A stretch of 64,000 nt of DNA, taken from the NCBI GenBank assembly GCA_963702205.1, contig OY969724.1, forward strand, positions 2,240,001 through 2,304,000, given 5' to 3'. The notes beneath the pieces are model-generated. The model had not been told where the DNA came from. It worked only from the letters and a program-made list of their open reading frames with translations, and did no database searches. This document shows, piece after piece, positions 43,887 through 54,424 of this stretch. The stretch comes from an uncultured candidate division Zixibacteria bacterium (GTDB lineage: Bacteria; Zixibacteria; MSB-5A5; GN15; PGXB01). How positions within the stretch are numbered: the first letter of the stretch is position 1; each line of letters begins with the position of its first letter. The position numbers were made by a program, and so were the translations under genes.

Positions 43887-44522
43887 ATGATGCAGGCAAT
43901 AGCAAGAATAAAATATCTGCGCATGTCCCCGAAGAAGATGCGCCGGGTCGCGGCTCTGGTCAAGGGTAAACCGGTTGAAGAGGCCTTGAATATACTGAAC
44001 TTCACACCCAAAGCTGCCGCTCATCCACTGGCCAAAACGGTCAAATCCGCGGCCGCCAATGCCATCGCCGCCGTTGGTACCGCCAGACTTCGCGCCGAAG
44101 ATTTGTCTATTTCAAGAATCCTGGTAGATGAAGCTCCGACTGCCAAGCGCGTTCGTTTCCAGTCCATGGGGCGAGTTTTCCGCATTCGAAAAAGATTCTG
44201 CCATTTGATGGTTGAAGTCGAAGGCGAGCCGGTACAGGAAGAACCCAAGAAGCGCGGACGTCGCAAAAAAGCCGTGAAAGAGACGGACGAAGCCGCCGCC
44301 GCTCCGAAGAAAAAGACGGCTACCCGTGCGAAAAAGGCGAAAGTCGGAACCAGGGCTAAAGCCAAAGATAAAGAGATAGCCGAAGAAAAAGAAATCGAAC
44401 AGACTGAAGATAAATTGACAGAACCGGAAGTCGAAACTCAGGCCGAAGCCGACGTCGAGGCGGACGAAACGCCCGAAGCTGAAACCGATGCGGCCGGAGA
44501 CGACGACAAAAAAGAAGAATAG
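43887..44522 (+). CDS. rplV: 50S ribosomal protein L22 with a long C-terminal extension
   Basis: RMSPKKMR.VA, KSAAANA; gene position; basic-then-acidic tail. Confidence 0.96.
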   Translation: MMQAIARIKYLRMSPKKMRRVAALVKGKPVEEALNILNFTPKAAAHPLAKTVKSAAANAIAAVGTARLRAEDLSISRILVDEAPTAKRVRFQSMGRVFRIRKRFCHLMVEVEGEPVQEEPKKRGRRKKAVKETDEAAAAPKKKTATRAKKAKVGTRAKAKDKEIAEEKEIEQTEDKLTEPEVETQAEADVEADETPEAETDAAGDDDKKEE

Positions 44523-44543
44523 AAAGTATTAGAGGAGATAACT

Positions 44544-45461
44544 TTGGGACAAAAGACACATCCAATTGGATTCCGACTGGGAGTCATTAAGTCCTGGAAT
44601 AACAAGTGGTTTGCCGGCAAGAATTTCGCCCCGTTCTTGTATGAAGACTTGATGATTAAAAAGTACATAAACACAAGGCTTGAAAATGCCGGACTGGCCA
44701 AAGTGGTAATATTGCGTGCGCCCAAAAGAGTCACGGTTGATATTCATACCTCTCGTCCGGGCATTGTTATCGGGCGCAAAGGGGCCGAAGTCGACAAGCT
44801 TCGCGAAGAATTGCAGCTTTTGACCAAGAAGGATATCTCTCTTAATATCGTAGAAGTAAAAAAGCCCGAACTCAACGCTCGGCTGGTGGCCGACAATGTT
44901 GCCCGGCAGCTCGAAGGCCGGGTTTCTTATCGCCGGGCCATGAAAAAGGCGCTGGCGGCTTCGATGAAAATGGGTGCCGATGGCATTAAAATCATGTGTG
45001 CCGGCCGTCTGATGGGCTCCGAAATCGCCCGCAGTGAAAAATATATGGATGGCCGCGTACCGTTGCACACGTTGCGCGCCGACATCGATTACGCCACGTC
45101 AACGGCTCGTACGACGTACGGCGCGATTGGCATTAAGGTTTGGATCTGCCGTGGTATGGTGCACGGCGCCGGGGAACTGGATGCCCGTGAAGATATCGAT
45201 CGATCGGTTCAGACGGAACGTCCCGATCTTGACGTAAGCAGCCGCCGTGAACGCAAACGGCGCGATGAAAGAAAACGGAAACGGCGTCCACGTGGCCGGG
45301 TTCGTCGCCCGGGTGATGGTGACCGTTCTTCGGCAGAGGCCCGCAGCAATGATAGAAGACCGAACGGGCCGAGTGGGCCGGGCGGGGGACGCCCTCCTCA
45401 GGGTCGCAGAGATGCCAGGCCCGAAAACGCACCAAGGAAAGATAAGGATTCTGAAAGTTAA
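44544..45461 (+). CDS. rpsC: 30S ribosomal protein S3 with an Arg-rich C-terminal extension
   Basis: [39 protein letters not shown] start. Confidence 0.98.
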   Translation: MGQKTHPIGFRLGVIKSWNNKWFAGKNFAPFLYEDLMIKKYINTRLENAGLAKVVILRAPKRVTVDIHTSRPGIVIGRKGAEVDKLREELQLLTKKDISLNIVEVKKPELNARLVADNVARQLEGRVSYRRAMKKALAASMKMGADGIKIMCAGRLMGSEIARSEKYMDGRVPLHTLRADIDYATSTARTTYGAIGIKVWICRGMVHGAGELDAREDIDRSVQTERPDLDVSSRRERKRRDERKRKRRPRGRVRRPGDGDRSSAEARSNDRRPNGPSGPGGGRPPQGRRDARPENAPRKDKDSES

Positions 45462-45496
45462 GGCGATCGGCTTGAAAAGCCGGGAGAATATAAATT

Positions 45497-45910
45497 ATGT
45501 TAATGCCGAAAAAAGTTAAATTTAGAAAACAGCAGCGCCGTCGCATGACCGGTAAGGCCTTTCGGGGCAGTTCGGTCGATTTCGGTCAGTTCGGTTTGAA
45601 AGCATTGGAGCCGGCCTGGATAACCAATCGCCAGATCGAAGCGGCTCGTGTGGCTTTGACTCGTCGCATCAAGCGTGGCGGTAAAGTCTGGATACGCATA
45701 TTCCCGGATAAGCCGGTTACCAAGAAGCCCGCTGAAACCCGCATGGGCAAAGGCAAGGGTGCCCCTGAATTCTGGGTGGCCGTGATAAAGCCCGGCCGGA
45801 TTCTTTTTGAAATCGAAGGCGTGTCGGAAGAGCTGGCGCGCGAAGCTTTCCGCCTTGCGGGACATAAGCTGCCCATCCGAACCAAGTTCGTTTCGAGAGC
45901 GGAAACTTAG
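45497..45910 (+). CDS. rplP: 50S ribosomal protein L16
   Basis: [25 protein letters not shown]. Confidence 0.99.
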   Translation: MLMPKKVKFRKQQRRRMTGKAFRGSSVDFGQFGLKALEPAWITNRQIEAARVALTRRIKRGGKVWIRIFPDKPVTKKPAETRMGKGKGAPEFWVAVIKPGRILFEIEGVSEELAREAFRLAGHKLPIRTKFVSRAET

Positions 45911-45921
45911 AGGATAGAATT

Positions 45922-46194
45922 ATGAAGATGCATACTCTTAGAGATTTTACCAAGGAAGAACTGCTCCAGAAGAAACATGAGATGATCGAGGAGTTGTTCA
46001 ATTTGCAGATGCGCAAAAGCCTTAAAGAACTGGAAAATCCTCTGCGCCTGCGGACCATCCGAAGAGACCTGGCTCGCATCGAAACCGTACTGACAGAAGA
46101 CGCCAGGGGGATAAGGAAGATCGTCGATTCGGCCGTATCCATTCTCGGCACTGCCGATAAAATAGAGCCGGAAACGAAAGAAAGTACAGAATAA
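45922..46194 (+). CDS. rpmC: 50S ribosomal protein L29 (extended)
   Basis: ELFNL.M....LENP.RLR.IRRDLARI.T; gene position. Confidence 0.92.
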   Translation: MKMHTLRDFTKEELLQKKHEMIEELFNLQMRKSLKELENPLRLRTIRRDLARIETVLTEDARGIRKIVDSAVSILGTADKIEPETKESTE

Positions 46195-46202
46195 AAGGAT
46201 AG

Positions 46203-46463
46203 ATGAATATGGCCAGAAACATGCGTAAAGTTCGTCAGGGCCGGGTGACCTCGAACAAGATGGATAAAACCATCGTCGTGAAGATTGAACGCATCATGAA
46301 ACACCCGCTTTACGAACGCGTCGTCAAGCGCTACGGAAAATTTTATGCTCACGACGAGAAAAACGAAGCCAATATCGGCGACATGGTTCGGATTATGGAA
46401 ACCCGCCCGATGTCGGCGCTGAAGCGCTGGCGCCTGGTTGATATTGTTGAGAAAGCCAAGTAG
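46203..46463 (+). CDS. rpsQ: 30S ribosomal protein S17
   Basis: [28 protein letters not shown]. Confidence 0.98.
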   Translation: MNMARNMRKVRQGRVTSNKMDKTIVVKIERIMKHPLYERVVKRYGKFYAHDEKNEANIGDMVRIMETRPMSALKRWRLVDIVEKAK

Positions 46464-46492
46464 ACGGCGACTGAATAGAACGGGAGTGAACG

Positions 46493-46861
46493 ATGATTCA
46501 GGAATATACACAATTAACGGTTGCCGATAATTCGGGCGCGCGAAAGGTGATGTGCTTCCGCATCCTGGGTGGCTCCAAAAGAAGGTACACCCGCATCGGC
46601 GATATTATCGTCGTGACGGTTAAGGATGCCATCCCCGGAGGTACCGTCAAGAAGTCGGAAATCTGCAAAGCGGTCGTGGTTCGCACCAAGGCCAATACTC
46701 GTCGCCGCGACGGCTCTGTCATCCGCTTTTCCGACAACGCGGCGGTTATTATTAACGAACAGAAAGAACCGCGCGGAACGCGTATTTTCGGACCCGTCGC
46801 CAGGGAATTGCGCGAAAAGCAGTTCATGAAGATAATATCGCTGGCGCCGGAAGTCCTGTAG
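46493..46861 (+). CDS. rplN: 50S ribosomal protein L14
   Basis: [26 protein letters not shown]. Confidence 0.99.
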   Translation: MIQEYTQLTVADNSGARKVMCFRILGGSKRRYTRIGDIIVVTVKDAIPGGTVKKSEICKAVVVRTKANTRRRDGSVIRFSDNAAVIINEQKEPRGTRIFGPVARELREKQFMKIISLAPEVL

Positions 46862-46874
46862 AGAGGTTCGTATT

Positions 46875-47192
46875 ATGAATATTAAAAAAGGTGATATCGT
46901 TTATATCCGGCGCGGGAAGGATCGCGGCAAAACCGGCAAGGTTCTGCACGTTTCCACCAAGACCAACCGGCTGATTATCGAGGGCATCAATATGATCGCC
47001 CGTCACAGCCGCCCGACCAATCAAAATCCGAAGGGCGGGGTCGTTCGGAAAGAAGGCCCGATTCATCGGTCCAACGTGGCCTTTTATAATAAATCCATTT
47101 CGTCTCCGACCAAGGTTAGTTTCAAAGTTATCGAAGACGAAGGCCGAAAAACCAAAATCCGCGTCTGTCGCAAAACCGGTGAGCAGATATAA
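46875..47192 (+). CDS. rplX: 50S ribosomal protein L24
   Basis: IKKGD.V....GKDRGKTG, EGPIHRSNV. Confidence 0.97.
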   Translation: MNIKKGDIVYIRRGKDRGKTGKVLHVSTKTNRLIIEGINMIARHSRPTNQNPKGGVVRKEGPIHRSNVAFYNKSISSPTKVSFKVIEDEGRKTKIRVCRKTGEQI

Positions 47193-47204
47193 CGGGGAAA
47201 TATT

Positions 47205-47744
47205 ATGGCAAGGTTGAAAAAAATATATAAGGACAAAATAGTCCCCAAGCTGATGAAGGAAAACGGATATTCTTCGCTTATGCAGGTGCCGAAGATCACG
47301 AAGGTTACAGTCAACGTCGGGTTGGGTGAAGCCATCGCCAATCCGAAGGTGATCGATGCCGCCGTTAATGATTTGAGCCAGATCACCGGACAAAAACCGT
47401 TGGTGACGTCGGCCCGCAAGTCGATATCGAATTTCAAGCTCCGCGAAGGTGCTCGTATCGGGGCCAAGGTGACGCTTCGCCGCGAACGTATGTATGAATT
47501 TTTGGATCGCCTCATGAACGTGGCTATCCCGCGTATTCGGGACTTTCGCGGTCTTTCCAACAAGGCTTTCGACGGGCACGGCAATTACAACCTGGGGATT
47601 ACCGAACAAATTATTTTTCCGGAAATAGATTACGATAAAATCGACAAGGTTCGCGGCATGAACATTAGCATCACGACTACCGCGAAGACCGACCAGGAAT
47701 GTCGGCAGCTGCTGACGGAACTGGGCATGCCGTTCGCCAAATAG
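47205..47744 (+). CDS. rplE: 50S ribosomal protein L5
   Basis: [27 protein letters not shown]. Confidence 0.99.
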   Translation: MARLKKIYKDKIVPKLMKENGYSSLMQVPKITKVTVNVGLGEAIANPKVIDAAVNDLSQITGQKPLVTSARKSISNFKLREGARIGAKVTLRRERMYEFLDRLMNVAIPRIRDFRGLSNKAFDGHGNYNLGITEQIIFPEIDYDKIDKVRGMNISITTTAKTDQECRQLLTELGMPFAK

Positions 47745-47752
47745 GAGATAAC

Positions 47753-47938
47753 GTGGCTAAGAAGTGTTTGATTGAAAAGCAGAGCAAGACGCCGAAATTC
47801 AAAGTTCGTGCCTACACCCGCTGTCGCCGGTGCGGTCGGTCGCGGGCGTATATCAGGAGATTCGGTATTTGCAGAATTTGTTTCCGTCAGTTGGCTTTGG
47901 CCGGTGAGATTCCGGGCGTTATTAAGGCCAGTTGGTAA
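47753..47938 (+). CDS. rpsN: 30S ribosomal protein S14 (short zinc-binding type)
   Basis: GTG after AGGAG; 61 aa; RCRRCGR..CRICFR..GEIPGV.KASW. Confidence 0.97.
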   Translation: MAKKCLIEKQSKTPKFKVRAYTRCRRCGRSRAYIRRFGICRICFRQLALAGEIPGVIKASW

Positions 47939-47960
47939 GATTTAAGCAGTTGAGGCTAAT

Positions 47961-48362
47961 ATGTCGATGACAGATCCGATAGCTGATATGTTGACGAGAA
48001 TAAGGAATGCGTCCAAGGCCAGAAAAATAGCCGTTGACGTTCCCGCTTCGAATATAAAGCGTGAACTGGCCAAAGTTCTGATCGAGGAAAATTTCCTGCG
48101 CGATATGATCGAACTGCCAGACCGCAAGCAGGGTATCCTCCGGTTGTACCTCAAGTATAGCCGCGACGATACACCCATTATCCGGGGTATTCAGAGAATT
48201 TCCCGGCCCGGACTTCGCCAGTACTTCGGACTCGATGAACTGAAGAAGATCGGTCGTAGCGGCGTGGGTATCACGATCGTGTCAACATCTCAGGGCGTGA
48301 TGACCAACGCCGAGGCATTTAAACGCAGAGTAGGCGGCGAAGCCGTTTGTGCGGTTTGGTAG
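47961..48362 (+). CDS. rpsH: 30S ribosomal protein S8
   Basis: DPIADMLTRIRNA, ISRPGLR, STSQG, GGE. Confidence 0.98.
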   Translation: MSMTDPIADMLTRIRNASKARKIAVDVPASNIKRELAKVLIEENFLRDMIELPDRKQGILRLYLKYSRDDTPIIRGIQRISRPGLRQYFGLDELKKIGRSGVGITIVSTSQGVMTNAEAFKRRVGGEAVCAVW

Positions 48363-48373
48363 GAGGAACGGCC

Positions 48374-48922
48374 ATGTCAAAAATAGGAAAATTACCGGTC
48401 CCGATACCAAAAGGCGTCAAAGTCGAACAAAAGTCCCATACTTTGACGGCCACCGGACCAAAAGGAACTCTTTCGGTTGATATCAATCCCGAAATGAACG
48501 TGGACGTACAGGAAAATGAAATTATCGTAACCCGGCCATCCGACCATCGTACTCATCGCTCCCTCCATGGTTTGACTCGCTCGTTGGTTTATAATATGGT
48601 CGCGGGAGTGCACGAAGGTTACAGCAAAACGCTGGAGATTATCGGCGTCGGATATCGCGCCGAAATGAAAGGCCCCATCCTCGAAGTCAACGTCGGCTAT
48701 TCCCACCCGATTTATCTTCGCCCGGCGGATGGTATCAATATTGTAGTGCCGCCCAAGGATAATAAAATTATAATTTCCGGAGCGGACAAGCAGTTGGTTG
48801 GGATGACGGCGGCCGAGATACGATCCTTCCGTCCGCCGGAACCGTACAAAGGTAAGGGTATCAAATACATTGACGAGGTCATCCATCGTAAAGCCGGTAA
48901 AGCGGCCGGTGGCGGCAAATAG
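48374..48922 (+). CDS. rplF: 50S ribosomal protein L6
   Basis: MSKIGKLP, GPKG.L, GVGYRA, RPPEPYKGKG. Confidence 0.98.
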   Translation: MSKIGKLPVPIPKGVKVEQKSHTLTATGPKGTLSVDINPEMNVDVQENEIIVTRPSDHRTHRSLHGLTRSLVYNMVAGVHEGYSKTLEIIGVGYRAEMKGPILEVNVGYSHPIYLRPADGINIVVPPKDNKIIISGADKQLVGMTAAEIRSFRPPEPYKGKGIKYIDEVIHRKAGKAAGGGK

Positions 48923-48933
48923 AGGCTTATATT

Positions 48934-49299
48934 ATGGCTAAAGACATTAAAAAAACAAGATTTCTGAGACGGAAAAAGCACGTCCGGAAAATAATTTTCG
49001 GCACCTCCGACAGGCCGCGTCTGTCCGTATCCAAATCGATTCGGAACATACAGGCTCAGATCATTGACGATGAAAAAATGGTCACGCTGGCGGCCTGCTC
49101 GTCGCTTTCGAAAGATATTACCGCCAAGGCGGCCGAAAAAAAGAAAACGCAGGTGGCCGCACTGGTCGGCGAAGCCCTGGCTAAAATCGCCCGTGAAAAG
49201 GGTATTGAAGCCGTCTCATTCGACCGCAACGGTAATTTATATCACGGTCGCGTAAAATCTCTGGCCGATGCCGCGCGCAAGGCCGGTTTGAAATTTTAG
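48934..49299 (+). CDS. rplR: 50S ribosomal protein L18
   Basis: GTSDRPRLSV, FDRNG..YHGRV..LADAAR.AGL.F. Confidence 0.98.
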   Translation: MAKDIKKTRFLRRKKHVRKIIFGTSDRPRLSVSKSIRNIQAQIIDDEKMVTLAACSSLSKDITAKAAEKKKTQVAALVGEALAKIAREKGIEAVSFDRNGNLYHGRVKSLADAARKAGLKF

Positions 49300-49319
49300 A
49301 TTTGTTAGTGAGGTAAAGA

Positions 49320-49805
49320 TTGGTTAAACGGGAAATGGAAGGTCTTGATTACGACGAGCGAGTAATCCACGTCAATCGTGTCGCCAAAGTCGTCAAGGGC
49401 GGACGCCGTTTCAGCTTTACGGCTCTCGTGGCCGTCGGGCAGAACAACGGAAAAGTCGGCGTCGGGCTCGGTAAGGCCTCGGAAGTATCCGAAGCCATCC
49501 GTAAAGGAACCGAAGCCGCCCGCAAGAGTATGGTCGAAGTTGCCCTGACCCCGGAAGGTACCATCCCGCATCAGATTATCGGCAAATTCGGGGCCTCTCG
49601 CGTCGTCCTGATTCCGGCTTCGCCGGGAACCGGCGTCATCGCCGGAGGGCCGGTGCGGGCCGTCCTGGAATCGGCTGGTGTGCAGGACATATTGACCAAG
49701 GCTTTGGGAAGCCGCAACCCGCACAACGTCGTCAAGGCGACCATGCAGGGGTTGCTCTCGCTGCGTTCTCGGGATGAACAGCTAAGATACCGGACACAAG
49801 GTTAG
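49320..49805 (+). CDS. rpsE: 30S ribosomal protein S5
   Basis: [27 protein letters not shown] start. Confidence 0.98.
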   Translation: MVKREMEGLDYDERVIHVNRVAKVVKGGRRFSFTALVAVGQNNGKVGVGLGKASEVSEAIRKGTEAARKSMVEVALTPEGTIPHQIIGKFGASRVVLIPASPGTGVIAGGPVRAVLESAGVQDILTKALGSRNPHNVVKATMQGLLSLRSRDEQLRYRTQG

Positions 49806-49830
49806 GCCTTTGGCCGGACAGAGGACAGCC

Positions 49831-50013
49831 ATGGCTAAATTAAAAGTAACACAGATTAAAAGCACGATTAACACCAAAGAGAATCACAAACGGACCATAA
49901 TAGCTTTGGGGCTCGGCAAATTGCATCGGACCGTCGTGCACAATGACACGCCCCAGATCCGGGGCATGATTAAAACCGTCGAGCACTTGGTGAAATTTGA
50001 GAAGGTGGATTAA
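49831..50013 (+). CDS. rpmD: 50S ribosomal protein L30
   Basis: [21 protein letters not shown]. Confidence 0.96.
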   Translation: MAKLKVTQIKSTINTKENHKRTIIALGLGKLHRTVVHNDTPQIRGMIKTVEHLVKFEKVD

Positions 50014-50015
50014 AG

Positions 50016-50468
50016 ATGTCTCCGTTAGCACTTAATGAACTGCACCCCGCGCCGGGTTCGCGCAAAAAACGCAAACGGGTCGGTCGTGGTCCGGGCAGCG
50101 GACGCGGCAAAACCTCCGGTCGTGGACACAAAGGGCAGCGGGCTCGTTCGGGCGGCGTTGCGGTAATCCATAAATGGAAAGAGGGCGGTCAGATGCCGCT
50201 TCTGCGTCGTGTCCCGAAGCGTGGGTTTACCAATATCTTCAGGGAAGAATTTCAAATCGTAAACGTTACCGCGTTGAATAAATGCCAGCCGGGAGAAGTA
50301 ACTCCCGAGACTATGATGAGCTTAGGTCTAATCAAATCAACGCGTCGACCGGTTAAGATTTTGGGCGTGGGAACGCTGGAAAGCGCCTTGCAGGTCAAGG
50401 CCTCCGCATTTTCAAAAACGGCCAGGGAAAAAATCGAAGCCGCCGGCGGAAAAACTGAGGTGATCTAG
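50016..50468 (+). CDS. rplO: 50S ribosomal protein L15
   Basis: [34 protein letters not shown]. Confidence 0.98.
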   Translation: MSPLALNELHPAPGSRKKRKRVGRGPGSGRGKTSGRGHKGQRARSGGVAVIHKWKEGGQMPLLRRVPKRGFTNIFREEFQIVNVTALNKCQPGEVTPETMMSLGLIKSTRRPVKILGVGTLESALQVKASAFSKTAREKIEAAGGKTEVI

Positions 50469-51775
50469 TGTTAGGTACTTTTCAATCCATACTTAAAATA
50501 GAAGAACTGCGAAAAAGAATATTCTATACTTTGGCTCTGCTGGTAGTGTATCGTATCGGCGGTCACATTCCTACTCCCGGTGTGGACGGCGCCATGTTGT
50601 CGCAGGCCATGTCCGGTGACACTATTTTCGGCCTGCTGGACCTGTTTGCCGGGGGAGCCTTCCTGAAGGCGACTATTTTCGCCCTCGGTATCATGCCGTA
50701 CATTTCCGCGTCGATTATGCTTCAGCTCTTGGGCGCCGTGGTTCCCTATTTGCAGAAACTGCAAAAGGAGGGTGAAGAGGGCCGGCGTAAGATCACGCAG
50801 TATACCCGTTACTTGACCGTGTTGATCGCCGCCCTGCAGGCGTTTGGAACTGCCCAATTCCTGAGATCGATTGAATTTAACGGCGTTTCCATCGTCCACA
50901 TGCCCTATGGCCAGTTCATCGGTATTACCGTCCTGACGTTTACCTGCGGCACGATATTCATCATGTGGCTGGGTGAGCAAATAACGGAGCGGGGGATAGG
51001 CAATGGTATTTCATTGATCATATTTATAGGAATCGTGGCTCGCTTCCCCGATGCCGTTATCGAGGAAGTGCAATACCTGTGGTACGGCACTCGTTCCGTT
51101 TTCACCGAAGCCATCATGATCGCCATGATGGTTGCGGTAATCGCGGCCGTTATTCTGGTTACTCGCGGCCAGCGCAAGGTGCCGGTGCAGTACCCCAAGA
51201 GAATCGTCGGACGGCGCGTGTATGGCGGTGCGACGACGCATCTGCCGCTTTCGGTCAACTCGGCCGGCGTAATCCCCATTATTTTCGCGCAGTCGATCAT
51301 GTTCCTGCCGGCCACCGTGCAGCAGTTGTTCCCCAACGTTGAATGGATTTCCAACATCGTGACCAACTTCCTCGCACCGGGCGGATGGAGCTACTCGATT
51401 ATTTATGGATTGATAATTATCTTCTTCGCCTATTTTTACACGGCCATCGTTTTCAACCCGATCGACATCGCCGACAACATGCGCAAGAACGGCGGATTCA
51501 TTCCGGGTATTCGGCCGGGCAAACGGACGGCGGAGCATATCGAACGCATCCTGACCCGTATTACGCTGCCGGGAGCTATCTTCTTCGCTATGATAGCTAT
51601 CCTGCCGTGGGTCCTGATAGCCAATCTCGAAGTCAACTTTTACTTCGGCGGCACCGGGCTCTTGATTGTCGTCGGTGTGGCCCTCGATACCCTGCAACAG
51701 ATTGAGTCGCATCTGCTGATGCGTCATTATGACGGCTTCATGAAAAAAGGCCGTATTCGTGGGAGATCGTACTAA
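50468..51775 (+). CDS. secY: Preprotein translocase subunit SecY
   Basis: ALGIMPYISASI, WLGEQITERGIGNG, FIPGIRPG, FGGTGLLI. Confidence 0.99.
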   Translation: MLGTFQSILKIEELRKRIFYTLALLVVYRIGGHIPTPGVDGAMLSQAMSGDTIFGLLDLFAGGAFLKATIFALGIMPYISASIMLQLLGAVVPYLQKLQKEGEEGRRKITQYTRYLTVLIAALQAFGTAQFLRSIEFNGVSIVHMPYGQFIGITVLTFTCGTIFIMWLGEQITERGIGNGISLIIFIGIVARFPDAVIEEVQYLWYGTRSVFTEAIMIAMMVAVIAAVILVTRGQRKVPVQYPKRIVGRRVYGGATTHLPLSVNSAGVIPIIFAQSIMFLPATVQQLFPNVEWISNIVTNFLAPGGWSYSIIYGLIIIFFAYFYTAIVFNPIDIADNMRKNGGFIPGIRPGKRTAEHIERILTRITLPGAIFFAMIAILPWVLIANLEVNFYFGGTGLLIVVGVALDTLQQIESHLLMRHYDGFMKKGRIRGRSY

Positions 51776-52425
51776 TGAATTTCGTTTTTCTGGGGCCTCC
51801 GGGGTCGGGCAAAGGAACACAGGCCAAAAAGGTTTGTGAAAAATTGAATATTTTGCATCTTTCGACCGGGGACGTGTTGCGCGAAGCCGTCAAGAACGGT
51901 ACGGAACTGGGTAAAAAGGCCAGGGCCTTTATGGAGGCCGGTGACCTCGTGCCGGACGGCCTGATTGTCGGTATAATAGAAGACAAGCTTAAATCGGGTG
52001 CTCTGGACAACGGCTTCGTGCTGGATGGTTTTCCGCGGACCGTGCCCCAGGCCGAGGCTTTAAAAAATATGTTCGTGGCCAACAGCAAGAAAATTGATTC
52101 GGCAATTTTGCTGGACGTGCCCGATGAGGAAGTCGTCCAGCGCCTGTCGGGAAGATTTACCTGTCCCGCGTGCGGCTCGATGTACAATTATCCCAATAAC
52201 ATGCCCAAAAAAGAGGGCGTGTGTGACAAGGACGGCGAAAAGCTGGTGCGCCGCCCCGACGATGAAGAGTCGGTCGTGCGCAATCGGCTGGACGTTTATA
52301 AACAACAGACGGAACCGATTGTAGATTTTTATCGTAATGAATCGGTATTGCGTGAGGTTGAGGCTTTGGGAAATATCGATTCCATTACGGCTTCGGTTTT
52401 GAAAATCATGGAAGAAGCACGATAG
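51775..52425 (+). CDS. adk: Adenylate kinase (Cys-containing lid)
   Basis: GPPGSGKGTQ, LDGFPRT, CPAC..CDKD, RPDD. Confidence 0.98.
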   Translation: MNFVFLGPPGSGKGTQAKKVCEKLNILHLSTGDVLREAVKNGTELGKKARAFMEAGDLVPDGLIVGIIEDKLKSGALDNGFVLDGFPRTVPQAEALKNMFVANSKKIDSAILLDVPDEEVVQRLSGRFTCPACGSMYNYPNNMPKKEGVCDKDGEKLVRRPDDEESVVRNRLDVYKQQTEPIVDFYRNESVLREVEALGNIDSITASVLKIMEEAR

Positions 52426-52427
52426 GA

Positions 52428-53174
52428 TTGATTATTATTAAAACAGACGCACAGATTGAAATAATGCGCAAAGCCGGGAAAATAGTGGCCGAGACATTGG
52501 ATTTGATCGAAGAAGAAATAAAACCGGGAATGAGTACAAAGGACCTTGACAAAATAGCGGAAGACTATATTATCTCTCGGAAGGCCGTTCCCGCGTTTAA
52601 GGGGTATCACGGTTATCCGGCGGCGACGTGTATTTCGATCGACGAGGAGGTCGTGCATGGTATCCCCGGTGGGCGGCGGCTGGTCGACGGCCAGATTGTG
52701 TCCGTGGATTTGGGGACGATTTACGGCGGCTATTATGGCGACGCCGCCCGGACCTTCGCTATCGGAGATATCTCCGAAGAGAAAAAGCGTCTGATGCAGA
52801 TCACGCGAGATTGCCTGGATGCGGCAATTGCCAAAGTCCGCGACGGTGTGAAACTGGGCGAGATTTCGCACGCCGTCCAGACGACCGCCGAAAGTGCGGG
52901 TTATTCGGTCGTGCGGGATATGGTCGGCCACGGTATCGGTCGGGCCATGCACGAGGACCCGCAAATACCGAATTATGGACCTCCCGAAGGCGGGCCCGTT
53001 ATTAAGAAGGGTATGGTCCTGGCGATTGAACCGATGGTGAACATCGGTGAGTACAAGGTAAATCAGAAGGCCGATGGCTGGACCATCGTCACGGCCGACG
53101 GATCGCCTTCGGCTCATTTTGAACACAGTGTGGCCGTTACGGAAGACGGCGCTGACATTTTAACGATAGTGTAA
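52428..53174 (+). CDS. map: Methionine aminopeptidase type I
   Basis: VVHGIP, GHGIG..MHEDP, AIEPM, SAHFEH. Confidence 0.98.
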   Translation: MIIIKTDAQIEIMRKAGKIVAETLDLIEEEIKPGMSTKDLDKIAEDYIISRKAVPAFKGYHGYPAATCISIDEEVVHGIPGGRRLVDGQIVSVDLGTIYGGYYGDAARTFAIGDISEEKKRLMQITRDCLDAAIAKVRDGVKLGEISHAVQTTAESAGYSVVRDMVGHGIGRAMHEDPQIPNYGPPEGGPVIKKGMVLAIEPMVNIGEYKVNQKADGWTIVTADGSPSAHFEHSVAVTEDGADILTIV

Positions 53175-53186
53175 CGACGGGAGAAT

Positions 53187-53405
53187 ATGGCCAAGGAAGA
53201 AACGATTCAGGTTGAAGGAAAAGTACTGGAACCGTTGCCGAATGCGATGTTTAAAGTGGAACTTGACAACGGGCATGTTGTTCTGGCCCATATATCCGGT
53301 AAGATGCGCATGCACTTTATTAAAATTCTGCCCGGCGACCGGGTTACTCTGGAGCTGTCTCCTTACGACTTGACGCGCGGACGAATTATTTATAGATATA
53401 AGTGA
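53187..53405 (+). CDS. infA: Translation initiation factor IF-1
   Basis: [26 protein letters not shown]. Confidence 0.99.
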   Translation: MAKEETIQVEGKVLEPLPNAMFKVELDNGHVVLAHISGKMRMHFIKILPGDRVTLELSPYDLTRGRIIYRYK

Positions 53406-53434
53406 ACGCGGGTTCCTGCTGAAAGGAAAAGGTT

Positions 53435-53551
53435 ATGAAGGTTCAATCATCGGTAAAAAAGCGTTGCGAGCACTGCAAGATTATCCGGCGCAAAGGCGTT
53501 ATTCGGGTCATTTGCAGCAAGAACCCCAATCATAAACAACGGCAGGGGTAA
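53435..53551 (+). CDS. rpmJ: 50S ribosomal protein L36 (below the ORF-track length cutoff)
   Basis: Hand translation [38 protein letters not shown]. Confidence 0.97.
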   Translation: MKVQSSVKKRCEHCKIIRRKGVIRVICSKNPNHKQRQG

Positions 53552-53577
53552 AGGTTTTATTTTAATAGGAGGTTGCC

Positions 53578-53961
53578 TTGGCACGTATTGCTGGCGTCGA
53601 TTTACCCAAAGATAAGCGGGTTGAAATAGGCCTGACATATATTTACGGGATCGGTTTGACGTCTTCTCACAAGATTCTGGAGAAGACCGCCATAAGTCCG
53701 GATACCCGGGTTAACAAATTGACCGAAGAAGAAATCGCGAAACTGCGCAGCGTCATTGAAAACGACTTTAAGGTCGAGGGTGCTCTTCGCAGTGAAGTGC
53801 AGATGAATATAAAGCGTTTGATCGATATCGGCTCATACCGCGGACTGCGGCATCGGCGGGGCCTGCCCGTACGCGGACAGCGGACCAAGACCAACGCCCG
53901 TACCCGTAAAGGACCCAAACGCACCGTAGCCGGCAAGAAAAAGGCACCGGGTAAGAAATAA
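53578..53961 (+). CDS. rpsM: 30S ribosomal protein S13
   Basis: [35 protein letters not shown] start. Confidence 0.99.
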   Translation: MARIAGVDLPKDKRVEIGLTYIYGIGLTSSHKILEKTAISPDTRVNKLTEEEIAKLRSVIENDFKVEGALRSEVQMNIKRLIDIGSYRGLRHRRGLPVRGQRTKTNARTRKGPKRTVAGKKKAPGKK

Positions 53962-53983
53962 TTTTATTTGACAAGGATAGATT

Positions 53984-54379
53984 GTGGCAGATCCCAAGAA
54001 AAAACCAAAAGCGAAAAAGAAACTGGGGAAAATTGACCCCAGTGGAATTGCCCATATAAAGGCGACCTTCAATAACACGGTAGTGACCATTACCGACATG
54101 AGCGGCAAAGCTCTTTCGTGGGCTTCGGCCGGGACCGTCGGTTTCAAGGGATCGAAAAAATCGACCCCGTTCGCGGCCCAGCAGGCGGCCAGCAATTCCG
54201 CCCGTGAAGCCAAGGACCTCGGAATTCGCAAGGTCGAAGTCTGGGTCAAGGGACCGGGCTCCGGCCGGGAAGCGGCGATACGGTCACTTTCGGCCTCGGG
54301 ATTGGATATCACGGCCATTAAGGACGTGACACCGATTCCGCACAATGGCTGCCGTCCGCCGAAACGTCGCCGGGTCTAA
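53984..54379 (+). CDS. rpsK: 30S ribosomal protein S11
   Basis: [39 protein letters not shown]. Confidence 0.99.
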   Translation: MADPKKKPKAKKKLGKIDPSGIAHIKATFNNTVVTITDMSGKALSWASAGTVGFKGSKKSTPFAAQQAASNSAREAKDLGIRKVEVWVKGPGSGREAAIRSLSASGLDITAIKDVTPIPHNGCRPPKRRRV

Positions 54380-54424
54380 TTCCTGTAATAGAATAGTAAG
54401 TAGTAATTATATAGAGGAGTTTAA

